DNA from: a virus
IMG/VR virus record: IMGVR_UViG_3300024255_000002
DNA: 64,000 nt
Direction: 5' to 3' (one strand)
A program made the position numbers and the translations under genes. The notes beneath the pieces are model-generated. The model ran no database searches. It was not told where the DNA came from and saw only the letters and a program-made list of their open reading frames with translations. Positions 9,789-17,580 of this stretch are shown piece by piece. The number at the start of each line of letters is the position of its first letter. Within the stretch, counting starts at the first letter, position 1.

Positions 9789-11021
9789 ATGAAAAATGTT
9801 GAACTAAATGATAAACAAAAAACAGTAATTGACGTTTTATATAAAACATATAAATCTGATACTGTTACAAGGGCTCAAATTAATGACCTTGTAAAATCTA
9901 AAAAGATTTCAAATCCATCGTGGTTAAAATCTGATACTTACAAAGTTGGTAGAGGTGTCTATAAATTACCTTTATCTAATGACGGCAAAGAATTTGCTGA
10001 ACCAACATGTCAAGGTTCTATGGAACATCATGTAAAGAGTAAAAAGGTTGAATCTAAACCTGATACTAAGGCTGCTTACATTGTTAGCTCCCTAACAGAC
10101 AATGTAGTTCCTCAAAAAGATAATGACTTTGTTACCTTTGGTAACTTTGGTGATGTAAAAAACATTATCAAATCTAAAAAGTTTTATCCAGTATTCATTA
10201 CAGGATTATCTGGTAATGGTAAAACACTTGCTGTAACACAGGCATGTGCTGAGGCAAAACGTGAAATGATCAGAGTCAATATTACTATTGAAACTGATGA
10301 GGATGATTTACTTGGTGGATACAGACTAAGAGACGGTGCAACTGTTTGGCAAAATGGTCCTGTTATTGAGGCAATGGAAAGAGGTGCTGTTTTATTATTA
10401 GATGAAATCGACCTTGCTTCAAATAAGATTATGTGTTTACAACCAATCTTAGAAGGTTCTGGTGTCTATGTTAAAAAGATTAACAAGTTTGTTAAACCTA
10501 AACTTGGTTTCAATGTTCTTGCAACTGCTAACACTAAAGGTCAAGGTAGTGATGATGGTAAATTCATCGGTACTAATGTTCTTAACGAGGCATTCCTTGA
10601 GAGATTTCCAGTTACATTTGAACAACAATATCCTTCTGCTAAAATAGAAGAAAAAATTGTATCAAACAAACTAAAATCATTTGGTAAATCTGATGACAAG
10701 TTTGCTCATAACTTAGTTACTTGGGCAGATGTTATTAGAAAAACATATACCGATGGTGGTGTTGATGAAATTATATCAACTAGAAGACTAGTACATATTG
10801 CTGAGGCATATGGCATCTTTAGAAATAAGATGAAGGCTATTTCAGTATGTACAAATAGATTCAATGATGATACTAAAAAATCATTTGTTGATTTATATTC
10901 AAAAGTTGATAGTGGCGTTTCTGCTGAACAGATCATGGATGATCAAAAGAAGGCTGAAGACGCTGCTATATTACAAGATTCCAACGATAGTGAGGATGGC
11001 GAAGAGGACATAACTGTCTAA
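9789..11021 (+). CDS. cobS: CobS-like / MoxR-family AAA+ ATPase
   Basis: GLSGNGKT, LLLDEID, ATANTKGQG, NEAFLERF, ISTRRL. Confidence 0.9.
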   Translation: MKNVELNDKQKTVIDVLYKTYKSDTVTRAQINDLVKSKKISNPSWLKSDTYKVGRGVYKLPLSNDGKEFAEPTCQGSMEHHVKSKKVESKPDTKAAYIVSSLTDNVVPQKDNDFVTFGNFGDVKNIIKSKKFYPVFITGLSGNGKTLAVTQACAEAKREMIRVNITIETDEDDLLGGYRLRDGATVWQNGPVIEAMERGAVLLLDEIDLASNKIMCLQPILEGSGVYVKKINKFVKPKLGFNVLATANTKGQGSDDGKFIGTNVLNEAFLERFPVTFEQQYPSAKIEEKIVSNKLKSFGKSDDKFAHNLVTWADVIRKTYTDGGVDEIISTRRLVHIAEAYGIFRNKMKAISVCTNRFNDDTKKSFVDLYSKVDSGVSAEQIMDDQKKAEDAAILQDSNDSEDGEEDITV

Positions 11022-11045
11022 TCAGTAACCAAAAATCTATCATTC

Positions 11046-11099
11046 ATAGTGTAAGTCCACCTGTGGAGTTCAACGCTCCACAGGTTTTAATTACACTAT
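11046..11099 (+). terminator. Extended hairpin / probable terminator after cobS
   Basis: acctgtggag-ttcaacg-ctccacaggt followed by ttt, with outer stem atagtgtaa/ttacactat. Confidence 0.7.
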
Positions 11100-11115
11100 A
11101 ACAAAAGGAATAAAT

Positions 11116-11277
11116 ATGAAGGACAATAGAGATAAACATTTTTATATATCAATGACCAAAAGTATGTTAAGATTTGGTGGTTGTTATGGGTTATTTTTAA
11201 CCGAAGATAAATTATTAATGGGCGTTGCAATTATATTTGCTCTTGCTGAAGTATTAGGAATTGCTGAGGAGTTTTAA
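11116..11277 (+). CDS. Small membrane protein (53 aa; not in ORF track)
   Basis: MKDNRDKHFYISMTKSMLRFGGCYGLFLTEDKLLMGVAIIFALAEVLGIAEEF; AAGGA upstream; abuts the next ATG. Confidence 0.7.
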   Translation: MKDNRDKHFYISMTKSMLRFGGCYGLFLTEDKLLMGVAIIFALAEVLGIAEEF

Positions 11278-11589
11278 ATGGGAATATACGACTATGACAG
11301 ATACGCTAAACCTAAAATGACACAGGAAGAGCGTGACGAGAAGATGAAAAAGTTTTTAGAAAAAGGTGGTAAGATTCAAAAACTTAGACCAGGTGCTGCC
11401 TATAACTTAGGTTCAGTAGAGAAATCTAATCTACCTCATTATACAAATGAAGATATTAAAAAGGGTGTTACTGGTAAGACACCTATGCCGGATTATGATA
11501 ATCATAAACCAAATACATACCACGATTTTGATTTAGGTGGAGACAACAAACCAGTGTTTCATCCTAACTCATTAAAAACAAACAAATAA
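11278..11589 (+). CDS. Hypothetical protein
   Basis: ORF in operon; FLEKGGKIQKL motif typical of small phage proteins. Confidence 0.65.
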   Translation: MGIYDYDRYAKPKMTQEERDEKMKKFLEKGGKIQKLRPGAAYNLGSVEKSNLPHYTNEDIKKGVTGKTPMPDYDNHKPNTYHDFDLGGDNKPVFHPNSLKTNK

Positions 11590-11601
11590 TAGGAGAATAA
11601 G

Positions 11602-11844
11602 TTGAGTATAAATGTTGAAGTAAGAGGCGGAAACTTAGAGAAGGCTCTAAGAGTTCTAAAACGTAAAGTTCAAAAAGAAGGTATAGTAAATACACTAAGA
11701 GATAAACAGTATTTCCAAAAACCATCAGAAAAAAAACGAGTAAAAGCAAAAGAACGTGCTAAAGTTTTAAAAAAAAAACAACATCAAAATGATGAAATGC
11801 TCGGATATCGTATGGTTAAGGGTGTTAAGGTAAGAAAAATTTAA
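11602..11844 (+). CDS. rpsU: 30S ribosomal protein bS21
   Basis: VEVRGGNLEKALRVLKRKVQKEG...YFQKPSEKK; AGGAG SD with TTG start. Confidence 0.9.
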   Translation: MSINVEVRGGNLEKALRVLKRKVQKEGIVNTLRDKQYFQKPSEKKRVKAKERAKVLKKKQHQNDEMLGYRMVKGVKVRKI

Positions 11845-11847
11845 AGA

Positions 11848-11992
11848 ATTTCTACGCCGTTTGTGTTTTGTATATATATTATTACTACAAGGCGGTCCAT
11901 AAGTCCTTGTAGAGGTGTAGGAAAAGGTGCTTAGGCACCTTGAAAATCGGTGATGTTTGCCAGTTTAACTCCGTGAAAAAATGAAACTGGCG
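11848..11992 (+). ncRNA. Candidate multi-hairpin structured RNA
   Basis: Stems tttctacgcc/ggtgtaggaa, ctacaagg/ccttgtag, aaggtgc/gcacctt and gccagttt/aaactggc in a locally GC-richer intergenic region. Confidence 0.45.
11955..11992 (+). repeat. 38-bp perfect direct repeat, copy 1 (upstream of pstS)
   Basis: gtttgccagtttaactccgtgaaaaaatgaaactggcg, identical to 13048-13085. Confidence 0.95.
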
Positions 11993-12093
11993 ATTTACCC
12001 ATATTAAAGTTTTGTTACAATCGGTTTTTCTATGCTAAATACTTATGATAGTTTTAAACTATCAATCTCTAAAGTAAAACACAGGAAACCTAA

Positions 12094-13032
12094 ATGAGAA
12101 AATTATTATTCAGTTTAATTATGATTTTGATGACAACTACATTATATGCAAGGGATCAAATATCAATTGTTGGTTCTTCAACCGTATATCCATTTTCAAC
12201 CGTAGTAGCAGAAAAAGTTGGTAAACAAGGCATTAAAACGCCTGTAATTGAATCAACTGGTACTGGTGGTGGTATGAAATTGTTTTGTAAAGGTATCGGT
12301 GTCAATACACCTGATATGACAAATGCTAGTCGTGCCATTAAAACAAAAGAAAGAGATATGTGTTTTAACAATGGTGTTACAGACATATCACAAGTCATTA
12401 TTGGTTTAGATGGTATTGCAATTATTCATAGTGCAAGTAACAATACAGTAAACTTTACAGTAGAACAATTATGGCAGGCCTTATCAGTAAAAGGTTCTTT
12501 ACCTGAAAAATGGTCTGACATAGATTCAAGTTTACCCAATGTTAAAATTGGTGTACTTGTTCCACCACCAACTTCAGGTACAAGGGATGCTTTTAATGAA
12601 TTAGTAATGGCAAAAGGCTGTGCTAAAGAAGTTAAAGAGGCAAACAAAAAAGATTGTACTTTATTAAGAGAAGATGGTGCCGCTATTGAAGCCGGTGAAA
12701 ATGATACTTTGATTATTAACAAGATTGTGACCGAACCTAATAACTTTGGTATATTAGGTTATTCTTACTATGACGCAAATAAAGACAAAGTAAGAGCAGT
12801 TACAATTAATGGTAAGTCAATATCAAAACAATCTATACAAGATGGTTCTTATCCAATAAGTCGACCATTATACTTTTATGTAAAAAATCAACACAAAGGT
12901 GTCATACCTGGTATTGATGAATACATTAAAGAGTTTACTTCAAAAAGAGCAATTAGTAATAGAGGTTACTTAACTGATTTAGGTTTAGTGCCTTTGGCTA
13001 ATCCACAAGAAGCAATTACACAAGTAAAATAA
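12094..13032 (+). CDS. pstS: Phosphate ABC transporter substrate-binding protein PstS
   Basis: Signal peptide; GSSTVYP, GTGGG, NASRAIK, SGTRDAF, YPISRPLYFY. Confidence 0.92.
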   Translation: MRKLLFSLIMILMTTTLYARDQISIVGSSTVYPFSTVVAEKVGKQGIKTPVIESTGTGGGMKLFCKGIGVNTPDMTNASRAIKTKERDMCFNNGVTDISQVIIGLDGIAIIHSASNNTVNFTVEQLWQALSVKGSLPEKWSDIDSSLPNVKIGVLVPPPTSGTRDAFNELVMAKGCAKEVKEANKKDCTLLREDGAAIEAGENDTLIINKIVTEPNNFGILGYSYYDANKDKVRAVTINGKSISKQSIQDGSYPISRPLYFYVKNQHKGVIPGIDEYIKEFTSKRAISNRGYLTDLGLVPLANPQEAITQVK

Positions 13033-13047
13033 AATAAAAACCTCGAG

Positions 13048-13085
13048 GTTTGCCAGTTTAACTCCGTGAAAAAATGAAACTGGCG
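13048..13085 (+). repeat. 38-bp perfect direct repeat, copy 2 (downstream of pstS)
   Basis: Identical to 11955-11992. Confidence 0.95.
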
Positions 13086-13113
13086 CTTGAAATTATATAA
13101 ATAATTATTATAT
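13086..13113 (+). promoter_or_regulatory. Putative RpoH (sigma32)-type promoter overlapping a late TATAAATA, upstream of hsp20
   Basis: CTTGAA-N15-ATTATAT; TATAAATA at 13096-13103. Confidence 0.5.
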
Positions 13114-13175
13114 AATAATAGACAACGCCTTATAGGGTTGTCGAAAATAAACTTTGCTTAACAAAAGGAGGTTAT

Positions 13176-13628
13176 ATGACCAATACAAAAGCACTATCTA
13201 TTTTCAATCAATTAAGACCATTATCAGTAGGATTTGACGACATGTTCGATCATTTCGAATCTATGTTTGACCACCCTACGGTTAATTATCCACCATACAA
13301 TCTAGTTAAGACAGGTACTCATAAATTCGATATTGAGCTCGCTCTTGCAGGTTTCAATAAAAAAGATATTGAAATCACTAGTGAGAACAATATATTAACT
13401 ATCGAATCAAAAGTTAAATCTGTTGTTGACGATTCAGTAGGTGTTGATAAACCAAAAGATCAGGCAATGATTCATAAAGGTATTTCAAAAAGATACTTTA
13501 AAAGATCGTTCACTATTGCTGATGATGTTGAAGTTAAAGGTGCCGAGTTAAAAGACGGCCTGTTAAAAGTATCAATGGAGAAAATTATTCCAGATGCTAA
13601 AAAACTAAAAACCATTAACATTAAATAA
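13176..13628 (+). CDS. hsp20: Small heat shock protein Hsp20 (IbpA-like)
   Basis: NYPPYNL, IELALAGF, HKGISKRYFKRSFTIAD, AELKDGLL. Confidence 0.95.
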   Translation: MTNTKALSIFNQLRPLSVGFDDMFDHFESMFDHPTVNYPPYNLVKTGTHKFDIELALAGFNKKDIEITSENNILTIESKVKSVVDDSVGVDKPKDQAMIHKGISKRYFKRSFTIADDVEVKGAELKDGLLKVSMEKIIPDAKKLKTINIK

Positions 13629-13637
13629 AAACCTAGA

Positions 13638-13661
13638 TAGGGCGGCCATTTGGCCGCTCTA
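13638..13661 (+). terminator. GC-rich hairpin after hsp20
   Basis: tagggcggcca-tt-tggccgctcta. Confidence 0.65.
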
Positions 13662-13679
13662 CACAACAATGTTGAGTTG

Positions 13680-13708
13680 TTGACAAAATTCAAATTTTAG
13701 TGTATAAT
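13680..13708 (+). promoter_or_regulatory. sigma70 promoter for rubrerythrin
   Basis: TTGACA-N17-TATAAT. Confidence 0.75.
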
Positions 13709-13743
13709 AATAAACAACTATTCTACAATAGGAGAAATAAATT

Positions 13744-14169
13744 ATGAGTGATTTAAAAGACACAAAAACAGCACAAAATTTAAGAGCTGCTTTTCAAGGC
13801 GAAAGTGAGGCAAATAGAAGATACCTTTACTTTGCACAAAAGGCAGATATTGAAGGTGCGAATGAGGTTGCTTCTGTATTCAGATCAACCGCTGAAGGTG
13901 AAACTGGCCATGCTCATGGTCATTTAGAATACCTTGAAGAAGTTGGCGATCCTGCAACAGGAGAACCAATGGGTAACACAGAGCAAAATCTTCAATCAGC
14001 AATCAAAGGTGAAATACACGAATACACAGATATGTATCCAGGTATGGCTAGAACTGCTAGAGAAGAAGGTTTTGATGAAATTGCAGATTGGTTTGAGACA
14101 CTTGCAAAAGCAGAAAAATCTCATGCTGGTAAATTTCAAAAAACATTAGACGCCTACAAAGGTGAATAG
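13744..14169 (+). CDS. rbr: Rubrerythrin (short form, no rubredoxin domain)
   Basis: [41 protein letters not shown] di-iron ExxH motifs. Confidence 0.92.
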   Translation: MSDLKDTKTAQNLRAAFQGESEANRRYLYFAQKADIEGANEVASVFRSTAEGETGHAHGHLEYLEEVGDPATGEPMGNTEQNLQSAIKGEIHEYTDMYPGMARTAREEGFDEIADWFETLAKAEKSHAGKFQKTLDAYKGE

Positions 14170-14173
14170 TTAT

Positions 14174-14196
14174 ATGGGTGGCACTTTGTCACCCAT
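14174..14196 (+). terminator. Hairpin after rubrerythrin
   Basis: atgggtggca-ctt-tgtcacccat. Confidence 0.6.
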
Positions 14197-14224
14197 TGAC
14201 AAATTAAAAAAAATGTGATATAAT
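14196..14224 (+). promoter_or_regulatory. sigma70 promoter (probably leaderless transcript)
   Basis: TTGACA-N17-TATAAT; ATG starts 7 nt after the -10. Confidence 0.75.
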
Positions 14225-14230
14225 AATATT

Positions 14231-14494
14231 ATGAAATTCAGTGAAGATAAAATTTTAAAAGAAGTCCAAGACTATATTAAATCAACATACGGTCAACATT
14301 ACTCATCTGGTAAAGAGGGTATTCAGACATTAGATTTATTAAAGTCTATTGGAATTAAAAGTGATTTTTGTTTAGGTAACGCTATAAAATATCTTAGTCG
14401 TTATGGCAAAAAAAATGGTAAAAATCGTAAAGACTTGCTTAAGGCAATTCATTACGTTGTGCTATTATTAAATAATGAAGGAGAAAATAAATAA
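14231..14494 (+). CDS. DUF3310 / SaV-like protein
   Basis: TYGQHY...FCLGNAIKYLSRYGKKNG...DLLKAIHY. Confidence 0.75.
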   Translation: MKFSEDKILKEVQDYIKSTYGQHYSSGKEGIQTLDLLKSIGIKSDFCLGNAIKYLSRYGKKNGKNRKDLLKAIHYVVLLLNNEGENK

Positions 14495-15159
14495 TGAAAA
14501 TAAGTGATAATACAGTTAGTATCTTAAAAAACTTTTCAGATATTAATAACAATATACTGTTCAAACCAGGTAACAGTATTTCAACAATGTCAACTATGAA
14601 AAACATCATGGCAAAAGCAGATGTTGAGGAAGAGTTCGAACAAGAATTTGGCGTATATGATTTGCCAGAATTTCTAAGAGCAATCGACTCATTCAAAAAA
14701 CCAGTTCTTAAATTTAACGGTGCTGCTAATCTAAAAATAAATGATGAAGGTACTTCTTTGTCAGCTAGATATGCATTTGCTGATAAATCAACTTTGGTTA
14801 CACCACAAAAAGAAATTAACATGCCAGACAAAACAGTATCGTTCACTTTAAAAGATAGTGACTACGAATCTGTAAAAAGATTATATACTAATCTAAGTCT
14901 ACCTGATATTGCTTTTATAGGTGAAAAAGGTAAAATCAAACTAGTTGCGTTAGATAAAAAGAACAATAACTCAAATGAATCATCAATTACAGTTGGTGAA
15001 TCAGATGTTGACTTTACTGCTTACATCAAGGCAGAGAATATGAAAATTATTCCTGGTGAATATGATGTTGCATTATCGAAGGCTAAGATTGCACATTTCA
15101 TAAACAAAAAGGTAAAAGTCCAATATTGGATTGCATTAGAAGCAGACTCAACATTTTAA
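14494..15159 (+). CDS. gp45: Sliding clamp gp45
   Basis: ILKNFSDINNNILFK, FGVYDLPEFL, YWIALEADS; precedes gp44. Confidence 0.93.
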   Translation: MKISDNTVSILKNFSDINNNILFKPGNSISTMSTMKNIMAKADVEEEFEQEFGVYDLPEFLRAIDSFKKPVLKFNGAANLKINDEGTSLSARYAFADKSTLVTPQKEINMPDKTVSFTLKDSDYESVKRLYTNLSLPDIAFIGEKGKIKLVALDKKNNNSNESSITVGESDVDFTAYIKAENMKIIPGEYDVALSKAKIAHFINKKVKVQYWIALEADSTF

Positions 15160-15169
15160 GGAGGTCTAA

Positions 15170-16114
15170 ATGTCAGATTTCCTATGGGTGGAAAAGTATC
15201 GTCCGAAGCAAATATCGGATTGTATTTTAAGTGAGGACTTAAAAAATACCTTTACAAAGTTCTTAGACAATAAAGAATTACCAAATCTTCTCCTTTCAGG
15301 CACAGCGGGTACGGGCAAGACAACAGTTGCTCGTGCCTTATGTGAAGAATTAGGTTGTGATTATATCATAATCAATGGTTCAGATGAGGGTAGGCATATT
15401 GATACACTAAGAACCACAATTAAAAACTTTGCATCCACAGTATCTTTAGACGATACAAAAAATCATAAAGTTGTAATAATTGACGAGGCGGATTATATGA
15501 ATCCTGACTCAGTTCAACCTGCATTAAGAAACTTTATGGAATCGTTTCATAAGAATTGTAGATTTATTTTTACTTGTAACTTTAAAAACAAAATCATACC
15601 TGCGTTACATAGTCGTTGCACAGTTATTGATTTTCGTATTACAAATGGTCAAAAAGTAAAAACAGCACAGGCATTGCTTAAAAGACTTGGTAATATACTT
15701 GACGATGAAAGTATCGAGTATGATAAACGAGTACTTGCTGAGTTGATACAAAGACACTATCCAGACTTTAGAAGAACAATCAATGAATTACAAAGATATT
15801 CTGTAAGAGGTAAGATTGATAGTGGCATACTTGTATCATTGTCTGAAATTAACAATAAAGAGTTAGTGAAGATGTTAAAAGAAAAACGATTTACCGATAT
15901 GAGAAAATGGGTTATTCAAAACCTAGATCAGGATCCGTCTTCTTTGTTTACAAGTATCTATGATATTCTTTACAAATCATTACATCCACAATCGATACCA
16001 GCTGCTGTATTAACAATTGCTGACTATCAATATAAATCTGCTTTTGTGGCAGACCATGAGATCAATATGGTCGCATGTTTAACCCAAATTATGGCCGAGT
16101 GTAAGTTCAAATAA
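15170..16114 (+). CDS. gp44: Clamp loader large subunit gp44
   Basis: LWVEKYRP, GTAGTGKTT, IIDEAD, LHSRC. Confidence 0.96.
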   Translation: MSDFLWVEKYRPKQISDCILSEDLKNTFTKFLDNKELPNLLLSGTAGTGKTTVARALCEELGCDYIIINGSDEGRHIDTLRTTIKNFASTVSLDDTKNHKVVIIDEADYMNPDSVQPALRNFMESFHKNCRFIFTCNFKNKIIPALHSRCTVIDFRITNGQKVKTAQALLKRLGNILDDESIEYDKRVLAELIQRHYPDFRRTINELQRYSVRGKIDSGILVSLSEINNKELVKMLKEKRFTDMRKWVIQNLDQDPSSLFTSIYDILYKSLHPQSIPAAVLTIADYQYKSAFVADHEINMVACLTQIMAECKFK

Positions 16115-16122
16115 AACTCAAA

Positions 16123-16266
16123 ATGACTAGTAAGAAAAAGCACAATCCATTCGCTCGTGAATTAAGACAAACTAAATACAAACAAAGAGTTGTAAAACCT
16201 AAAAAAGGTAAACGTTCTTTCAAAAGAAAAACAAAAGAAGATGAAGATTGGAGCGGAATAGTATAA
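16123..16266 (+). CDS. ArfA-like alternative ribosome-rescue peptide (47 aa; not in ORF track)
   Basis: MTSKKKHNPFARELRQTKYKQRVVKPKKGKRSFKRKTKEDEDWSGIV resembles the ArfA core (N..L....F.QRV.K.KKGKGSY.RK). Confidence 0.6.
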   Translation: MTSKKKHNPFARELRQTKYKQRVVKPKKGKRSFKRKTKEDEDWSGIV

Positions 16267-16418
16267 TGGCACGAAGAACATTTTGGAGAAAACTCATCGT
16301 AAGATGTAGAATGTTTTGGGCTGACGTGAGAGGTCATCATGGTAAAGTTTGGGATTATGAACCAGGCGATTACTATATGGGTTCACATAAAGGACATAAA
16401 AAACACGAAAAACATTAA
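16266..16418 (+). CDS. Small basic hypothetical protein (50 aa; not in ORF track)
   Basis: MARRTFWRKLIVRCRMFWADVRGHHGKVWDYEPGDYYMGSHKGHKKHEKH; TAATG-coupled to the previous ORF and ends just before gp62. Confidence 0.65.
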   Translation: MARRTFWRKLIVRCRMFWADVRGHHGKVWDYEPGDYYMGSHKGHKKHEKH

Positions 16419-16420
16419 TA

Positions 16421-16819
16421 ATGATTGAATATAAACTAGGTGATTACTTAAATGCCATCAATTGGTCTAAGATAAACTTACTTGATGGTGATGATATAAC
16501 ATGGGAAAAGAAGTTTGCCCCATTTATTATTAATCGTTGCTTATCGCAACACGTTGATACAATAATGATGGCAAATGAAATGAATCAAAGACACGGCCTT
16601 TCTAAAAGGTCACAGTTTCATTTTTTACTAAATAGTATTCGTAAGAGAAAAAGATTTGGTGGTAAATGGATATCTACCTCTAAATCTAAAAACTTAGAGT
16701 ATGTAAAAGAATATTATGGTTATAGTAACATCAAAGCTAAACAGGCCTTAGACATACTTGATAATAAACAATTGAAACTTATCAAAGAAAAACTTGATAA
16801 GGGTGGGAGAAGAAAATGA
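16421..16819 (+). CDS. gp62: Clamp loader small subunit gp62
   Basis: PFIINRCLS...ANEMN...YVKEYYGYSNIKAKQAL; lies between gp44 and regA. Confidence 0.9.
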   Translation: MIEYKLGDYLNAINWSKINLLDGDDITWEKKFAPFIINRCLSQHVDTIMMANEMNQRHGLSKRSQFHFLLNSIRKRKRFGGKWISTSKSKNLEYVKEYYGYSNIKAKQALDILDNKQLKLIKEKLDKGGRRK

Positions 16820-17244
16820 GTGAAGGACTTAAATGGTCGCCTGACAGTATGTTAGAGGTTACCCTTAAACAACCCGATGATTTTCTAAAAGTAAGAGAGA
16901 CACTTTCCAGAATAGGTGTGGCAAGTCGTAAAGATAAAACTTTATTTCAAAGTTGTCATATACTACACAAACAAGGAAAGTATTACATAGTTCATTTCAA
17001 AGAATTATTTGCTTTAGACGGCAAACAAGCAACATTAGCTGAAAACGATATACAAAGAAGAAACACAATATCAATCTTATTACAAGATTGGAGTTTGATC
17101 TCTATCGTTAAACCTAATGAGGCAGAAAACAAAGCACCATTATCTCAAATAAAGATAATTGCTTTTAAAGAGAAGAGCGAATGGAACTTACAGGCGAAAT
17201 ATAACATCGGTAAGAAAATAAATAAAGACGAAACAACTGAATAA
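16816..17244 (+). CDS. regA: Translational repressor RegA
   Basis: DDFLKVRETLSRIG, QSCHILHKQGKYYIVHFKELFALDG. Confidence 0.96.
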   Translation: MSEGLKWSPDSMLEVTLKQPDDFLKVRETLSRIGVASRKDKTLFQSCHILHKQGKYYIVHFKELFALDGKQATLAENDIQRRNTISILLQDWSLISIVKPNEAENKAPLSQIKIIAFKEKSEWNLQAKYNIGKKINKDETTE

Positions 17245-17252
17245 AGGATATT

Positions 17253-17546
17253 ATGATTAAATTATATAGACTCACAACAGGTGAGGACGTGATAGGAACA
17301 TTTGAAGAAGAAACAGATTTATTTGAACACATAAAGAAACCTTATGTATTGATTCCAATGCAAGGGCAACCAGGACAACCTATGCAAATAGGATTTCATC
17401 CTTATTTACCATATTCAAAAGATGAAATAGTGAAAATTAAAAAGGTAAATATTGTTTGTGATTCAACTCCAACAGAAAACATAGTTGAAGCATATCAAAA
17501 AAATACTGGTGCAATAGTAACACCTAAAAAATCAATTATTACATAG
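17253..17546 (+). CDS. Conserved T4-like hypothetical protein
   Basis: LYRLTTGEDVIG; related to 743..1207. Confidence 0.7.
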   Translation: MIKLYRLTTGEDVIGTFEEETDLFEHIKKPYVLIPMQGQPGQPMQIGFHPYLPYSKDEIVKIKKVNIVCDSTPTENIVEAYQKNTGAIVTPKKSIIT

Positions 17547-17575
17547 TTGACTTTTTCACATTTTTGTGTTATAAT
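17547..17575 (+). promoter_or_regulatory. sigma70 promoter for gp43 (leaderless)
   Basis: TTGACT-N17-TATAAT; ATG at 17581. Confidence 0.75.
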
Positions 17576-17580
17576 ATAGT

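Noticed and set aside
12002-12017. Possible Pho box upstream of pstS (TATTA-N6-TGTTA)
   Set aside because: Too degenerate in AT-rich DNA. A late-like GCTAAATA (12034) and a palindrome (12046-12064) are present instead.
11955-13085. 38-bp repeat as a CRISPR array or att site
   Set aside because: Only two copies about 1.1 kb apart, no spacers, and no cas or integrase gene in the window
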